DNA of 64,000 bases from Eledone cirrhosa (GCA_964016885.1 OZ024741.1:4340001-4404000); one strand, 5' to 3'. Positions 1 to 15,907 are shown, counted from the first letter of the stretch. The notes: generated by a model not told the origin, from the sequence alone. Translations and numbers: made by a program.

Positions 1-3000
1 AGTTACCGGGATGTAGGAACTAGTAACCAACTGTTGTAGTATCAGAGATAGTTGGTGTGATGTAGGAACTAGTAACCTACTGTTGGACTATCAGAGATAG
101 TTGGTGTGATGTAGGAACTAGTAACCTACTGTAGGACTATCAGAGATAGTTGGTGTGATGTAGGAACTAGTAACCTACTGTAGGACCGTCAGAGATAGTT
201 GGTGTGATGTAGGAACTAATAACCTACTGTAGGACTATCAGAGATAGTTGGTGTGATGTAGGAACTAGTAACCTACTGTAGGACTATCAGAGATAGTTGG
301 TGTGATGTAGGAACTAGTAACCTACTGTAGGACTATCAGAGATAGTTACTGTGATGTAGGAACTAGTAACCTACTGTTGGACTATCAGAGATAGTTGGTG
401 TGATGTAGGAACTAGTAACCTACTGTTGGACTATCAGAGATAGTTGGTGTGATGTAGGAACTAGTAACCTACTGTTGGACTATCAGAGATAGTTGGTGTG
501 ATGTAGGAACTAGTAACCTACTGTTGGACTATCAGAGATAGTTGGTGTGATGTAGCAACTAGTAACCTACTGTAGGACTGTCAGAGATAGTTGGTGAGAT
601 GTAGGAACTAGTAACCTACTGTTGTAGTATCAGAGATAGTTACTGTGATGTAGGAACTAGTAAACTACTGTTGGACTATCAGAGATAGTTGGTGTGATGT
701 AGTAACTAGTAACGTACTGTAGGACTGTCAGAGATAGTTGGTGTGATGTAGGAACTAGTAACCTACTGTTGTAGTATCAGAGATAGTTACTGTGATGTAG
801 GAACTAGTAACCTACTGTAGGACTATCAGAGATAGTTGGTGTGATGTAGGAACTAGTAACCTACTGTTGGACTATCAGAGATAGTTGGTGGGTTGTAGGA
901 ACTAGTAACCTAGTGTAGGACTATTAGAGATAGTTGGTGTGATGTATGAACTAGTAACCTACTGTAGGACTATCAGAGATAGTTACTGTGATGTAGGAAC
1001 TAGTAACCTACTGTTGGACTATCACTGATAGTTGGTGGGTTGTAGGAACTAGTAACCTAGTGTAGGACTATTAGAGATAGTTGGTGTGATGTAGGAACTA
1101 GTAACCTACTGTAGGAGTATCAGAGATAGTTGGTGTGATGAAGGAACTAGTAACCTACCTTTGGACTATCAGAGATAGTCACTGTGATGTATGAACTAGT
1201 AACCTACTGTTGGACTATCAGAGATAGTTACTGTGATGTAGGAACTAGTAACCTACTGTAGGCCTATCAGAGATAGTTGGTGTGATGAAGGATCTAGTAA
1301 CCTACTGTTGGACTATCAGAGATAGTTACTGTGATGTAGGAACTAGTAACCTACTGTTGGACTATCAGAGATAGTTGGTGTGATGTAGAAACTAGTAACC
1401 TACTGTTGGACTATCAGAGATAGTTACTGTGATGTAGGAACTAGTAACCTACTGTAGGACTATCAGAGATAGTTACAGTGATGTAGGAACTAGTAACCTA
1501 CTGTAGGACTATCAGAGATAGTTACTGTGATGTAGGAACTAGTAACCTACTGTTGGACTATCAGAGATAGTTACTGTGACGTAGGAACTAGTAACCTTGT
1601 GTAAAACTATCAGAGATAGTTACTGTGATGTAAGAACTAGTAACCTACTTTTGGACTATGAGAGATAGTTACTTTGATGTAGGAAATAGTAATCTACTGT
1701 AGGACTATCAGAGATAGTTACTGTGATGTAGGAACTAGTAACCTTGTGTAAAACTATCAGAGATAGTTACTGTGATGTAAGATCTAGTAACCTACTGTTG
1801 GACTATCAGAGATAGTTACTGGGATGTAGGAACTAGTAACCTACTGTTGGACTATCAGAGATAGTTACTGGGATGTAGTAAATAGTAATCTACTGTTGGA
1901 CTATCAGAGATAGTTACTGTGATGTAGGAACTAGTAACCTACTGTAGGACTATCAGAGATAGTTGCTGTGATGCAGGAACTAGTAACCTACTGTAGGACT
2001 ATCAGAGATAGTTACTGTGATGTAGGAACTAGTAACCTACTGTAGGACTATCTGAGATAGTTGCTGTGATGCAGGAACTAGTAACCTACTGTAGGACTGT
2101 CAGAGATAGTTACTGTGATGTAGCAACTAGTAATCTACCGTTGGACTATCAGAGATAGTTACTGTGATGTAGGAACTAGTAACCTACTATAGGACTATCA
2201 GAGATAGTTACTGTGATGTAAGAACTAGTAACCTACTGTAGGACTATCAGAGATAGTTACTGTGATGTAGGAACTAGTAACCTACTGTAGGACTATCAGA
2301 GATATTTACTGTAATGAAGAACTAGTAACCTACTGTTGGACTATCGGAGATAGTTACCGGGATGTAGGAACTAGTAACCAACTGTTGTAGTATCAGAGAT
2401 AGTTGGTGTGATGTAGGAACTAGTAACCTACTGTTGGACTATCAGAGATAGTTGGTGTGATGTAGGAACTAGTAACCTACTGTAGGACTATCAGAGATAG
2501 TTGGTGTGATGTAGGAACTAGTAACCTACTGTAGGACCGTCAGAGATAGTTGGTGTGATGTAGGAACTAATAACCTACTGTAGGACTATCAGAGATAGTT
2601 GGTGTGATGTAGGAACTAGTAACCTACTGTAGGACTATCAGAGATAGTTGGTGTGATGTAGGAACTAGTAACCTACTGTAGGACTATCAGAGATAGTTAC
2701 TGTGATGTTGGAACTAGTAACTTACTGTTGGACTATCAGAGATAGTTGGTGTGATGTAGGAACTAGTAACCTACTGTTGGACTATCAGAGATAGTTGGTG
2801 TGATGTAGGAACTAGTAACCTACTGTTGGACTATCAGAGATAGTTGGTGTGATGTAGGAACTAGTAACCTACTGTTGGACTATCAGAGATAGTTGGTGTG
2901 ATGTAGCAACTAGTAACCTACTGTAGGACTGTCAGAGATAGTTGGTGAGATGTAGGAACTAGTAACCTACTGTTGGACTATCACTGATAGTTGGTGGGTT

Positions 3001-6000
3001 GTAGGAACTAGTAACCTAGTGTAGGACTATTAGAGATAGTTGGTGTGATGTAGGAACTAGTAACCTACTGTAGGAGTATCAGAGATAGTTGGTGTGATGA
3101 AGGAACTAGTAACCTACCTTTGGACTATCAGAGATAGTCACTGTGATGTATGAACTAGTAACCTACTGTAGGACTATCAGAGATAGTTACTGTGATGTAG
3201 GAACTAGTAACCTACTGTTGGACTATCAGAGATAGTTGGTGTGATGTAGTAACTAGTAACGTACTGTAGGACTGTCAGAGATAGTTGGTGTGATGTAGGA
3301 ACTAGTAACCTACTGTTGTAGTATCAGAGATAGTTACTTTGATGTAGGAACTAGTAACCTACTGTAGGACTATCAGAGATAGTTGGTGTGATGTAGGAAC
3401 TAGTAACCTACTGTTGGACTATCAGAGATAGTTGGTGGGTTGTAGGAACTAGTAACCTAGTGTAGGACTATTAGAGATAGTTGGTGTGATGCATGAACTA
3501 GTAACCTACTGTAGGACTATCAGAGATAGTTACTGTGATGTAGGAACTAGTAACCTACTGTTGGACTATCACTGATAGTTGGTGGGTTGTAGGAACTAGT
3601 AACCTAGTGTAGGACTATTAGAGATAGTTGGTGTGATGTAGGAACTAGTAACCTACTGTAGGAGTATCAGAGATAGTTGGTGTGATGAAGGAACTAGTAA
3701 CCTACCTTTGGACTATCAGAGATAGTCACTGTGATGTATGAACTAGTAACCTACTGTAGGACTATCAGAGATAGTTACTGTGATGTAGGAACTAGTAACC
3801 TACTGTTGGACTATCAGAGATAGTTACTGTGATGTAGGAACTAGTAACCTACTGTAGGCCTATCAGAGATAGTTGGTGTGATGAAGGATCTAGTAACCTA
3901 CTGTTGGACTATCAGAGATAGTTACTGTGATGTAGGAACTAGTAACCTACTGTTGGACTATCAGAGATAGTTGGTGTGATGTAGGAACTAGTAACCTACT
4001 GTAGGACTATCAAAGATAGTTGGTGTGATGTAGGAACTAGTAACCTACTGTAGGACTATCAGAGATAGTTACTGTGATGTAGGAACTAGTAGCCTGCTGT
4101 TGGACTATCAGAGATAGTTGGTGTGATGTAGGAACTAGTAACCTACTGTAGGACTATAAGAGATTGATGGTGTGATGTAAGAACTAGTAACCTACTGTAG
4201 GATTATCAGAGATAGTTGGTGTGATGTAGGAACTAGTAACCTACTGTTGGACTATCAGAGATAGTTGGTGTAATGTAAGAACTAGTAACCTACTGTAGGA
4301 CTATCAGAGATAGCTACTGTGATGTAAGAACTAATAAACTAGTGTTGGACTATCAGAGATAGTTGGTGTGATGTAGGAACTAGTAATCTACTGTAGGACT
4401 ATCAGAGATAGTTGTTGTGATGTAGGAACTAGTAACCTACTGTTGGACTATCAGAGATAGTTGGTGTGATGTAGGAACTAGTAACCTACTGTTGGACTAT
4501 CAGAGATAGTTGGTGTGATGTAGGAACTAGTAACCTACTGTTGGACTATCAGAGATAGTTGGTGTGATGTAGGAACTAGTAACCTACTGTTGGACTATCA
4601 GAGATAGTTGGTGTGATGTAGCAACTAGTAACCTACTGTAGGACTGTCAGAGATAGTTGGTGAGATGTAGGAACTAGTAACCTACTGTTGTAGTATCAGA
4701 GATAGTTACTGTGATGTAGGAACTAGTAACCTACTGTTGGACTATCAGAGATAGTTGGTGTGATGTAGTAACTAGTAACGTACTGTAGGACTGTCAGAGA
4801 TAGTTGGTGTGATGTAGGAACTAGTAACCTACTGTTGTAGTATCAGAGATAGTTACTGTGATGTAGGAACTAGTAACCTACTGTAGGACTATCAGAGATA
4901 GTTGGTGTGATGTAGGAACTAGTAACCTACTGTTGGACTATCAGAGATAGTTGGTGGGTTGTAGGAACTAGTAACCTAGTGTAGGACTATTAGAGATAGT
5001 TGGTGTGATGTATGAACTAGTAACCTACTGTAGGACTATCAGAGATAGTTACTGTGATGTAGGAACTAGTAACCTACTGTTGGACTATCACTGATAGTTG
5101 GTGGGTTGTAGGAACTAGTAACCTAGTGTAGGACTATTAGAGATAGTTGGTGTGATGTAGGAACTAGTAACCTACTGTAGGAGTATCAGAGATAGTTGGT
5201 GTGATGAAGGAACTAGTAACCTACCTTTGGACTATCAGAGATAGTCACTGTGATGTATGAACTAGTAACCTACTGTAGGACTATCAGAGATAGTTACTGT
5301 GATGTAGGAACTAGTAACCTACTGTTGGACTATCAGAGATAGTTACTGTGATGTAGGAACTAGTAACCTACTGTAGGCCTATCAGAGATAGTTGGTGTGA
5401 TGAAGGATCTAGTCACCTACTGTTGGACTATCAGAGATAGTTGCTGTGATGCAGGAACTAGTAACCTACTGTAGGACTGTCAGAGATAGTTACTGTGATG
5501 TAGCAACTAGTAATCTACCGTTGGACTATCAGAGATAGTTACTGTGATGTAGGAACTAGTAACCTACTATAGGACTATCAGAGATAGTTACTGTGATGTA
5601 AGAACTAGTAACCTACTGTAGAACTATCAGAGATAGTTACTGTGATGTAGGAACTAGTAACCTACTGTAGGACTATCAGAGATATTTACTGTAATGAAGA
5701 ACTAGTAACCTACTGTTGGACTATCGGAGATAGTTACCGGGATGTAGGAACTAGTAACCAACTGTTGTAGTATCAGAGATAGTTGGTGTGATGTAGGAAC
5801 TAGTAACCTACGATTGGACTATCAGAGATAGTTGGTGTGATGTAGGAACTAGTAACCTACTGTAGGACTATCAGAGATAGTTGGTGTGATGTAGGAACTA
5901 GTAACCTACTGTAGGACTATCAGAGATAGTTACTGTGATGTAGGAACTAGTAACCTACTGTAGGCCTATCAGAGATAGTTGGTGTGATGAAGGATCTAGT

Positions 6001-9000
6001 AACCTACTGTTGGACTATCAGAGATAGTTACTGTGATGTAGGAACTAGTAACCTACTGTTGGACTATCAGAGATAGTTGGTGTGATGTAGAAACTAGTAA
6101 CCTACTGTTGGACTATCAGAGATAGTTACTGTGATGTAGGAACTAGTAACCTACTGTAGGACTATCAGAGATAGTTACTGTGATGTAGGAACTAGAAACC
6201 TACTGTAGGACTATCAGAGATAGTTACTGTGATGTAGGAACTAGTAACCTACTGTTGGACTATCAGAGATAGTTGGTGTGATGTAGGAACTAGTAACCTA
6301 CTGTTGGACTATCAGAGATAGTTGGTGTGATGTAGGAACTAGTAACCTACTGTAGGACTATCAGAGATAGTTGGTGTGATGTAGGAACTAGTAACCTACT
6401 GTAGGACTATCAGAGATAGTTACTGTGATGTAGGAACTAGTAGCCTGCTGTAGGACTATAAGAGATTGTTGGTGTGATGTAAGAACTAGTAACCTACTGT
6501 AGGATTATCAGAGATAGTTGGTGTGATGTAGGAACTAGTAACCTACTGTTGGACTATCAGAGATAGTTGTTGTGATGTATGAACTAGTAACCTACTGTTG
6601 GACTATCAGAGATAGTTGGTGATGTAGGAACTAGTAACCTACTGTAGGACTATCAGAGATAGTTACTGTGATGTAGGAACTAGTAACCTAATGTAGGACT
6701 ATGAGAGATAGTTACTGTGATGTAAGAACTAGTAACCTACTGTAGGACTATCAGAGATAGTTGGTGTGATGTAGGAACTAGTAACCTACTGTAGGACTAT
6801 CAGAGATAGTTGTTGTGATGTATGAACTAGTAACCTACTGTTGGACTATCAGAGATAGTTACTGTCATGTAGGAACTAGTAACCTACTGTAGGACTATCA
6901 GAGATAGTTGCTGTGATGCAGGAACTAGTAACCTACTGTAGGCCTATCAGAGATAGTTACTGTGATATAGGAACTAGTAACCTACTGTTGGACTATCAGA
7001 GATAGTTACTGTGATGTAAGAACTAATAACCTACAGTATGACTATCAGAGATAGTTGGTTTGATGTAGGAACTAGTAACCTACTGTAGGACTATGAGAGA
7101 TAGTTGCTGTGATGTAGGAACTAGTAACCTAATGTAGGATTATTAGAGATAGTTACTGTTATGTAAGAACTAGTAACCTACGGTAGGACTATCAGAGATA
7201 GTTACTGTGATATAGGAACTAGTAACCTACTGTTGGACTATCAGAGATAGTTACCGTGATGTAGGAACTAGTGACCTACTGTTGGACAATCAGAGATAGT
7301 TACTGTGATGTAGGAACTAGTAACCTACTGTAGGACTATCAGAGATAGTTACTGTGATGTAGGAACTAGTAACCTAATGTAGGACTATCAGAGATAGTTA
7401 CTGTGATGTAAGAACTAGTAACCTACTGTAGGACTATCAGAGATAGTTACTGTGATGTAGGAACTAGTAACCTACTGTTGGACTATCAGAGATAGTTACT
7501 GTGATGTAGGAACTAGTAACCTAGTGTAGGACTATCAGAGATAGTTACTGTGATGTAGGAACTAGTAACCTACTGTAGGCCTATCAGAGATAGTTGGTGT
7601 GATGAAGGATCTAGTAACCTACTGTTGGACTATCAGAGATAGTTACTGTGATGTAGGAACTAGTAACCTACTGTTGGACTATCAGAGATAGTTGGTGTGA
7701 TGTAGAAACTAGTAACCTACTGTTGGACTATCAGAGATAGTTACTGTGATGTAGGAACTAGTAACCTACTGTAGGACTATCAGAGATAGTTACTGTGATG
7801 TAGGAACTAGAAACCTACTGTAGGACTATCAGAGATAGTTACTGTGATGTAGGAACTAGTAACCTACTGTAGGACTATCAGAGATAGTTGCTGTGATGCA
7901 GGAACTAGTAACCTACTGTAGGACTATCAGAGATAGTTACTGTGATGTAGGAACTAGTAACCTACTGTAGGACTATCAGAGATAGTTGCTGTGATGCAGG
8001 AACTAGTAACCTACTGTAGGACTGTCAGAGATAGTTACTGTGATGTAGCAACTAGTAATCTACTGTTGGACTATCAGAGATAGTTACTGTGATGTAGGAA
8101 CTAGTAACCTACTATAGGACAATCAGAGATAGTTACTGTGATGTAAGAACTAGTAACCTACTGTAGGACTATCAGAGATAGTTACTGTGATGTAGGAACT
8201 AGTAACCTACTGTAGGACTATCAGAGATATTTACTGTAATGTAAGAACTAGTAACCTACTGTTGGACTATGAGAGATAGTTACTGTGATGTAGGAAATAG
8301 TAATCTACTGTAGGACTATCAGAGATAGTTACTGTGATGTAGGAACTAGTAACCTTGTGTAAAACTATCAGAGATAGTTACTGTGATGTAAGATCTAGTA
8401 ACCTACTGTTGGACTATCAGAGATAGTTACTGGGATGTAGGAACTAGTAACCTACTGTTGGACTATCAGAGATAGTTACTGGGATGTAGTAAATAGTAAT
8501 CTACTGTTGGACTATCAGAGATAGTTACTGTGATGTAGGAACTAGTAACCTACTGTAGGACTATCAGAGATAGTTGCTGTGATGCAGGAACTAGTAACCT
8601 ACTGTAGGACTATCAGAGATAGTTACTGTGATGTAGGAACTAGTAACCTACTGTAGGACTATCTGAGATAGTTGCTGTGATGCAGGAACTAGTAACCTAC
8701 TGTAGGACTGTCAGAGATAGTTACTGTGATGTAGCAACTAGTAATCTACCGTTGGACTATCAGAGATAGTTACTGTGATGTAGGAACTAGTAACCTACTA
8801 TAGGACTATCAGAGATAGTTACTGTGATGTAAGAACTAGTAACCTACTGTAGGACTATCAGAGATAGTTACTGTGATGTAGGAACTAGTAACCTACTGTA
8901 GGACTATCAGAGATATTTACTGTAATGAAGAACTAGTAACCTACTGTTGGACTATCGGAGATAGTTACCGGGATGTAGGAACTAGTAACCAACTGTTGTA

Positions 9001-12000
9001 GTATCAGAGATAGTTGGTGTGATGTAGGAACTAGTAACCTACTGTTGGACTATCAGAGATAGTTGGTGTGATGTAGGAACTAGTAACCTACTGTAGGACT
9101 ATCAGAGATAGTTACTGTGATGTAGGAACTAGTAACCTACTGTAGGACTATCAGAGATAGTTGGTGTGATGTAGGAACTAGTAACCTACTGTAGGACTAT
9201 CAGAGATAGTTACTGTGATGTAGGAACTAGTAACCTACTGTAGGACTATCAGAGATAGTTGGTGTGATGTAGGAACTAGTATCCTACTGTAGGACTATCA
9301 GAGATAGTTACTGTGATGTAGGAACTAGTAACCTGCTGTAGGACTATCAGAGATAGTTGGTGTGATGTAGGAACTAGTAACCTACTGTAGGACTATCAGA
9401 GATAGTTACTGTGATGTAGGAACTAGTAACCTACTGTAGGACTATCAGAGATAGTTGGTGTGATGTAGGAACTAGTAACCTACTGTAGGACTATCAGAGA
9501 TAGTTACTGTGATGTAGGAACTAGTAGCCTGCTGTAGGACTATAAGAGATAGTTGGTGTGATGTAGGAACTAGTAACCTACTGTTGGACTATCAGAGATA
9601 GTTGGTGTAATGTAAGAACTAGTAACCTACTGTAGGACTATCAGAGATAGTTACTGTGATGTAAGAACTAATAAACTAGTGTTGGACTATCAGAGATAGT
9701 TGGTGTGATGTAGGAACTAGTAATCTACTGTAGGACTATCAGAGATAGTTGTTGTGATGTATGGACTAGTAACCTACTGTTGGACTATCAGAGATAGTTG
9801 GTGATGTAGGAACTAGTAACCTACTGTAGGACTATCAGAGATAGTTACTGTGATGTAGGAACTAGTAACCTAATGTAGGACTATGAGAGATAGTTACTGT
9901 GATGTAAGAACTAGTAACCTACTGTAGGACTATCAGAGATAGTTGGTGTGATGTAGGAACTAGTAACCTACTGTAGGACTATCAGAGATAGTTGTTGTGA
10001 TGTATGAACTAGTAACCTACTGTTGGACTATCAGAGATAGTTACTGTCATGTAGGAACTAGTAACCTACTGTAGGACTATCAGAGATAGTTGCTGTGATG
10101 CAGGAACTAGTAACCTACTGTAGGCCTATCAGAGATAGTTACTGTGATATAGGAACTAGTAACCTACTGTTGGACTATCAGAGATAGTTACTGTGATGTA
10201 AGAACTAATAACCTACTGTATGACTATCAGAGATAGTTGGTGTGATGTAGGAACTAGTAACCTACTGTAGGACTATGAGAGATAGTTGCTGTGATGTAGG
10301 AACTAGTAACCTAATGTAGGATTATTAGAGATAGTTACTGTTATGTAAGAACTAGTAACCTACTGTTGGACTATCAGAGATAGTTACCGTGATGTAGGAA
10401 CTAGTGACCTACTGTTGGACAATCAGAGATAATTACTGTGATGTAGGAACTAGTAACCTACTGTAGGACTATCAGAGATAGTTACTGTGATGTAGGAACT
10501 AGTAACCTACTGTAGGACTATCAGAGATAGTTACTGTGATGCAAGAACTAGTAACCTACTGTAGGACTATCAGAGATAGTTACTGTGATGTAGGAACTAG
10601 TAACCTACTGTTGGACTATCAGAGATAGTTACTGTGATGTAGGAACTAGTAACCTAGTGTACGACTATCAGAGATAGTTACTGTGATGTAGGAACTAGTA
10701 ACCTACTGTAGGCCTATCAGAGATAGTTGGTGTGATGAAGGATCTCAGTAACCTACTGTTGGACTATCAGAGATAGTTACTGTGATGTAGGAACTAGTAA
10801 CCTACTGTTGGACTATCAGAGATAGTTGGTGTGATGTAGAAACTAGTAACCTACTGTTGGACTATCAGAGATAGTTACTGTGATGTTACAACTAGTAACC
10901 TACTGTAGGACTATCAGAGATAGTTACTGTGATGTAGGAACTAGAAACCTACTGTAGGACTATCAGAGATAGTTACTGTGATGTAGGAACTAGTAACCTA
11001 CTGTTGGACTATCAGAGATATTTACTGTGATGTAGGAACTAGTAACCTTGTGTAAAAATTTCAGAGATAGTTACTGTGATGTAAGAACTAGTAACCTACT
11101 GTTGGACTATGAGAGATAGTTACTGTGATGTAGGAAATAGTAATCTACTATAGGACTATCAGAGATAGTTACTGTGATGTAGGAACTAGTAACCTACTGT
11201 AGGACTATCAGAGATAGTTGCTGTGATGCAGGAACTAGTAACCTACTGTAGGACTATCAGAGATAGTTACTGTGATGTAGGAACTAGTAACCTACTGTAG
11301 GACTATCAGAGATAGTTGCTGTGATGCAGGAACTAGTAACCTACTGTAGGACTGTCAGAGATAGTTACTGTGATGTAGCAACTAGTAATCTACTGTTGGA
11401 CTATCAGAGATAGTTACTGTGATGTAGGAACTAGTAACCTACTACAGGACAATCAGAGATAGTTACTGTGATGTAAGAACTAGTAACCTACTGTAGGACT
11501 ATCAGAGATAGTTACTGTGATGTAGGAACTAGTAACCTACTGTAGGACTATCAGAGATATTTACTGTAATGTAAGAACTAGTAACCTACTGTTGGACTAT
11601 CAGAGATAGTTACCGGGATGTAGGAACTAGTAACCTACTGTTGTAGTATCAGAGAAAGTTCGTGTGACGTACGAACTAGTAACCTACTGTTGGACTATCA
11701 GAGATAGTTGGTGTGATGTAGGAACTAGTAACCTACTGTAGGACTATCAGAGATAGTTGGTGTGATGTAGGAACTAGTAACCTACTGTAGGACTATCAGA
11801 GGTAGTTGGTGTGATGTAGGAACTAGTAGCCTGCTGTAGGACTATAAGAGATAGTTGGTGTGATGTAAGAACTAGTAACCTACTGTAGGATTATCAGAGA
11901 TAGTTGGTGTGATGTAGGAACTAGTAACCTACTGTTGGACTATCAGAGATAGTTGGTGTAATGTAAGAACTAGTAACCTACTGTAGGACTATCAGAGATA

Positions 12001-15000
12001 GTTACTGTGATGTAAGAACTAATAAACTAGTGTTGGACTATCAGAGATAGTTGGTGTGATGTAGGAACTAGTAATCTACTGTAGGACTATCAGAGATAGT
12101 TGTTGTGATGTATGAACTAGTAACCTACTGTAGGACTATCAGAGATAGTTGGTGATGTAGGAACTAGTAACCTACTGTAGGACTATCAGAGATAGTTACT
12201 GTGATGTATGAACTAGTAACCTACTGTTGGACTATCAGAGATAGTTACTGTCATGTAGGAACTAGTAACCTACTGTAGGACTATCAGAGATAGTTGCTGT
12301 GATGCAGGAACTAGTAACCTACTGTAGGCCTATCAGAGATAGTTACTGTGATATAGGAACTAGTAACCTACTGTTGGACTATCAGAGATAGTTACTGTGA
12401 TGTAAGAACTAATAACCTACTGTATGACTATCAGAGATAGTTGGTGTGATGTAGGAACTAGTAACCTACTGTAGGACTATGAGAGATAGTTGCTGTGATG
12501 TAGGAACTAGTAACCTAATGTAGGATTATTAGAGATAGTTACTGTTATGTAAGAACTAGTAACCTACCGTAGGACTATCAGAGATAGTTACTGTGATATA
12601 GGAACTAGTAACCTACTGTTGGACTATCAGAGATAGTTACCGTGATGTAGGAACTAGTGACCTACTGTTGGACAATCAGAGATAATTACTGTGATGTAGG
12701 AACTAGTAACCTACTGTAGGACTATCAGAGATAGTTACTGTGATGTAGGAACTAGTAACCTAATGTAGGACTATCAGAGATAGTTACTGTGATGTAAGAT
12801 CTAGTAACCTACTGTAGGACTATCAGAGATAGTTACTGTGATGTAGGAACTAGTAACCTACTGTTGGACTATCAGAGATAGTTACTGTGATGTAGGAACT
12901 AGTAACCTAGTGTAGGACTATCAGAGATAGTTACTGTGATGTAGGAACTAGTAACCTACTGTAGGCCTATCAGAGATAGTTGGTGTGATGAAGGATCTAG
13001 TAACCTACTGTTGGACTATCAGAGATAGTTACTGTGATGTAGGAACTAGTAACCTACTGTTGGACTATCAGAGATAGTTGGTGTGATGTAGAAACTAGTA
13101 ACCTACTGTTGGACTATCAGAGATAGTTACTGTGATGTAGGAACTAGTAACCTACTGTAGGACTATCAGAGATAGTTACTGTGATGTAGGAACTAGAAAC
13201 CTACTGTAGGACTATCAGAGATAGTTACTGTGATGTAGGAACTAGTAACCTACTGTTGGACTATCAGAGATATTTACTGTGATGTAGGAACTAGTAACCT
13301 TGTGTAAAAATTTCAGAGATAGTTACTGTGATGTAAGAACTAGTAACCTACTGTTGGACTATGAGAGATAGTTACTGTGATGTAGGAAATAGTAATCTAC
13401 TATAGGACTATCAGAGATAGTTACTGTGATGTAGGAACTAGTAACCTACTGTAGGACTATCAGAGATAGTTGCTGTGATGCAGGAACTAGTAACCTACTG
13501 CAGGACTATCAGAGATAGTTACTGTGATGTAGGAACTAGTAACCTACTGTAGGACTATCAGAGATAGTTGCTGTGATGCAGGAACTAGTAACCTACTGTA
13601 GGACTGTCAGAGATAGTTACTGTGATGTAGCAACTAGTAATCTACTGTTGGACTATCAGAGATAGTTACTGTGATGTAGGAACTAGTAACCTACTATAGG
13701 ACAATCAGAGATAGTTACTGTGATGTAAGAACTAGTAACCTACTGTAGGACTATCAGAGATAGTTACTGTGATGTAGGAACTAGTAACCTACTGTAGGAC
13801 TATCAGAGATATTTACTGTAATGTAAGAACTAGTAACCTACTGTTGGACTATCAGAGATAGTTACCGGGATGTAGGAACTAGTAACCTACTGTTGTAGTA
13901 TCAGAGAAAGTTGGTGTGATGTACGAACTAGTAACCTACTGTTGGACTATCAGAGATAGTTGGTGTGATGTAGGAACTAGTAACCTACTGTAGGACTATC
14001 AGAGATAGTTGGTGTGATGTAGGAACTAGTAATCTACTGTAGGACTATCAGAGGTAGTTGGTGTGATGTAGGAACTAGTAGCCTGCTGTAGGACTATAAG
14101 AGATAGTTGGTGTGATGTAAGAACTAGTAACCTACTGTAGGATTATCAGAGATAGTTGGTGTGATGTAGGAACTAGTAACCTACTGTTGGACTATCAGAG
14201 ATAGTTGGTGTAATGTAAGAACTAGTAACCTACTGTAGGACTATCAGAGATAGTTACTGTGATGTAAGAACTAATAAACTAGTGTTGGACTATCAGAGAT
14301 AGTTGGTGTGATGTAGGAACTAGTAATCTACTGTAGGACTATCAGAGATAGTTGTTGTGATGTATGAACTAGTAACCTACTGTTGGACTATCAGAGATAG
14401 TTGCTGTAATGCAGGAACTAGTAACCTACTGTAGGCCTATCAGAGATAGTTACTGTGATATAGGAACTAGTAACCTACTGTTAGACTATCAGAGATAGTT
14501 ACTGTGATGTAAGAACTAATAACCTCCTGTATGACTATCAGAGATAGTTGGTGTGATGTAGGAACTAGTAACCTACTGTAGGACTATGAGAGATAGTTGC
14601 TGTGATGCAGGAACTAGTAACCTACTGTAGGACTATCAGAGATAGTTACTGTGATGTAAGAACTAGTAACCTACTGTAGGACTATCAGAGATAGTTGGTG
14701 TGATGTAGGAACTAGTAACCTACTGTAGGACTATCAGAGATAGTTTTTGTGATGTATGAACTAGTAACCTACTGTTGGACTATCAGAGATAGTTACTGTC
14801 ATGTAGGAACTAGTAACCTACTGTAGGACTATCAGAGATAGTTGCTGTAATGCAGGAACTAGTAACCTACTGTAGGCCTATCAGAGATAGTTACTGTGAT
14901 ATAGGAACTAGTAACCTACTGTTAGACTATCAGAGATAGTTACTGTGATGTAAGAACTAATAACCTCCTGTATGACTATCAGAGATAGTTGGTGTGATGT

Positions 15001-15907
15001 AGGAACTAGTAACCTACTGTAGGACTATGAGAGATAGTTGCTGTGATGCAGGAACTAGTAACCTACTGTAGGACTATCAGAGATAGTTACTGTGATGTAA
15101 GAACTAATAAACTAGTGTTGGACTATCAGAGATAGTTGGTGTGATGTAGGAACTAGTAATCTACTGTAGGACTATCAGAGATAGTTGTTGTGATGTATGA
15201 ACTAGTAACCTACTGTTGGACTATCAGAGATAGTTACTGTCATGTAGGAACTAGTAACCTACTGTAGGACTATCAGAGATAGTTGCTGTAATGCAGGAAC
15301 TAGTAACCTACTGTAGGCCTATCAGAGATAGTTACTGTGATATAGGAACTAGTAACCTACTGTTAGACTATCAGAGATAGTTACTGTGATGTAAGAACTA
15401 ATAACCTCCTGTATGACTATCAGAGATAGTTGGTGTGATGTAGGAACTAGTAACCTACTGTAGGACTATGAGAGATAGTTGCTGTGATGCAGGAACTAGT
15501 AACCTAATGTAGGATTATTAGAGATAGTTACTGTTATGTAAGAACTAGTAACCTACCGTAGGACTATCAGAGATAGTTACTGTGATATAGGAACTAGTAA
15601 CCTACTGTTGGACTATCTGAGATAGTTACCGTGATGTAGGAACTAGTAACCTACTGTTGGACTATCAGAGATAGTTACTGTGATGTAGGAACTAGTAACC
15701 TACTGTTGGACTATCAGAGATAGTTACTGTGATGTAGGAACTAGTAACCTACTGTTGGACTATCAGAGATAGTTGGTGTGATCTAGGAACTAGTAACCTA
15801 CTGTAGGACTGTCAGAGATAGTTGGTGTTATGTAGGAACTAGTAACTTACTGTTGGACTATCAGAGATAGATGGTGTGATGTAGGAACTAGTAACCTACT
15901 GTAGGCC
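1..15907. repeat. 49-bp tandem satellite, block 1 (consensus GATGTAGGAACTAGTAACCTACTGT[A/T]GGACTATCAGAGATAGTT[AC/GG]TGT); continues beyond the window start
   Basis: A period of 49 is read directly (AGTT at 1 and 50). Rare variants recur at kb-scale intervals. Confidence 0.98.
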
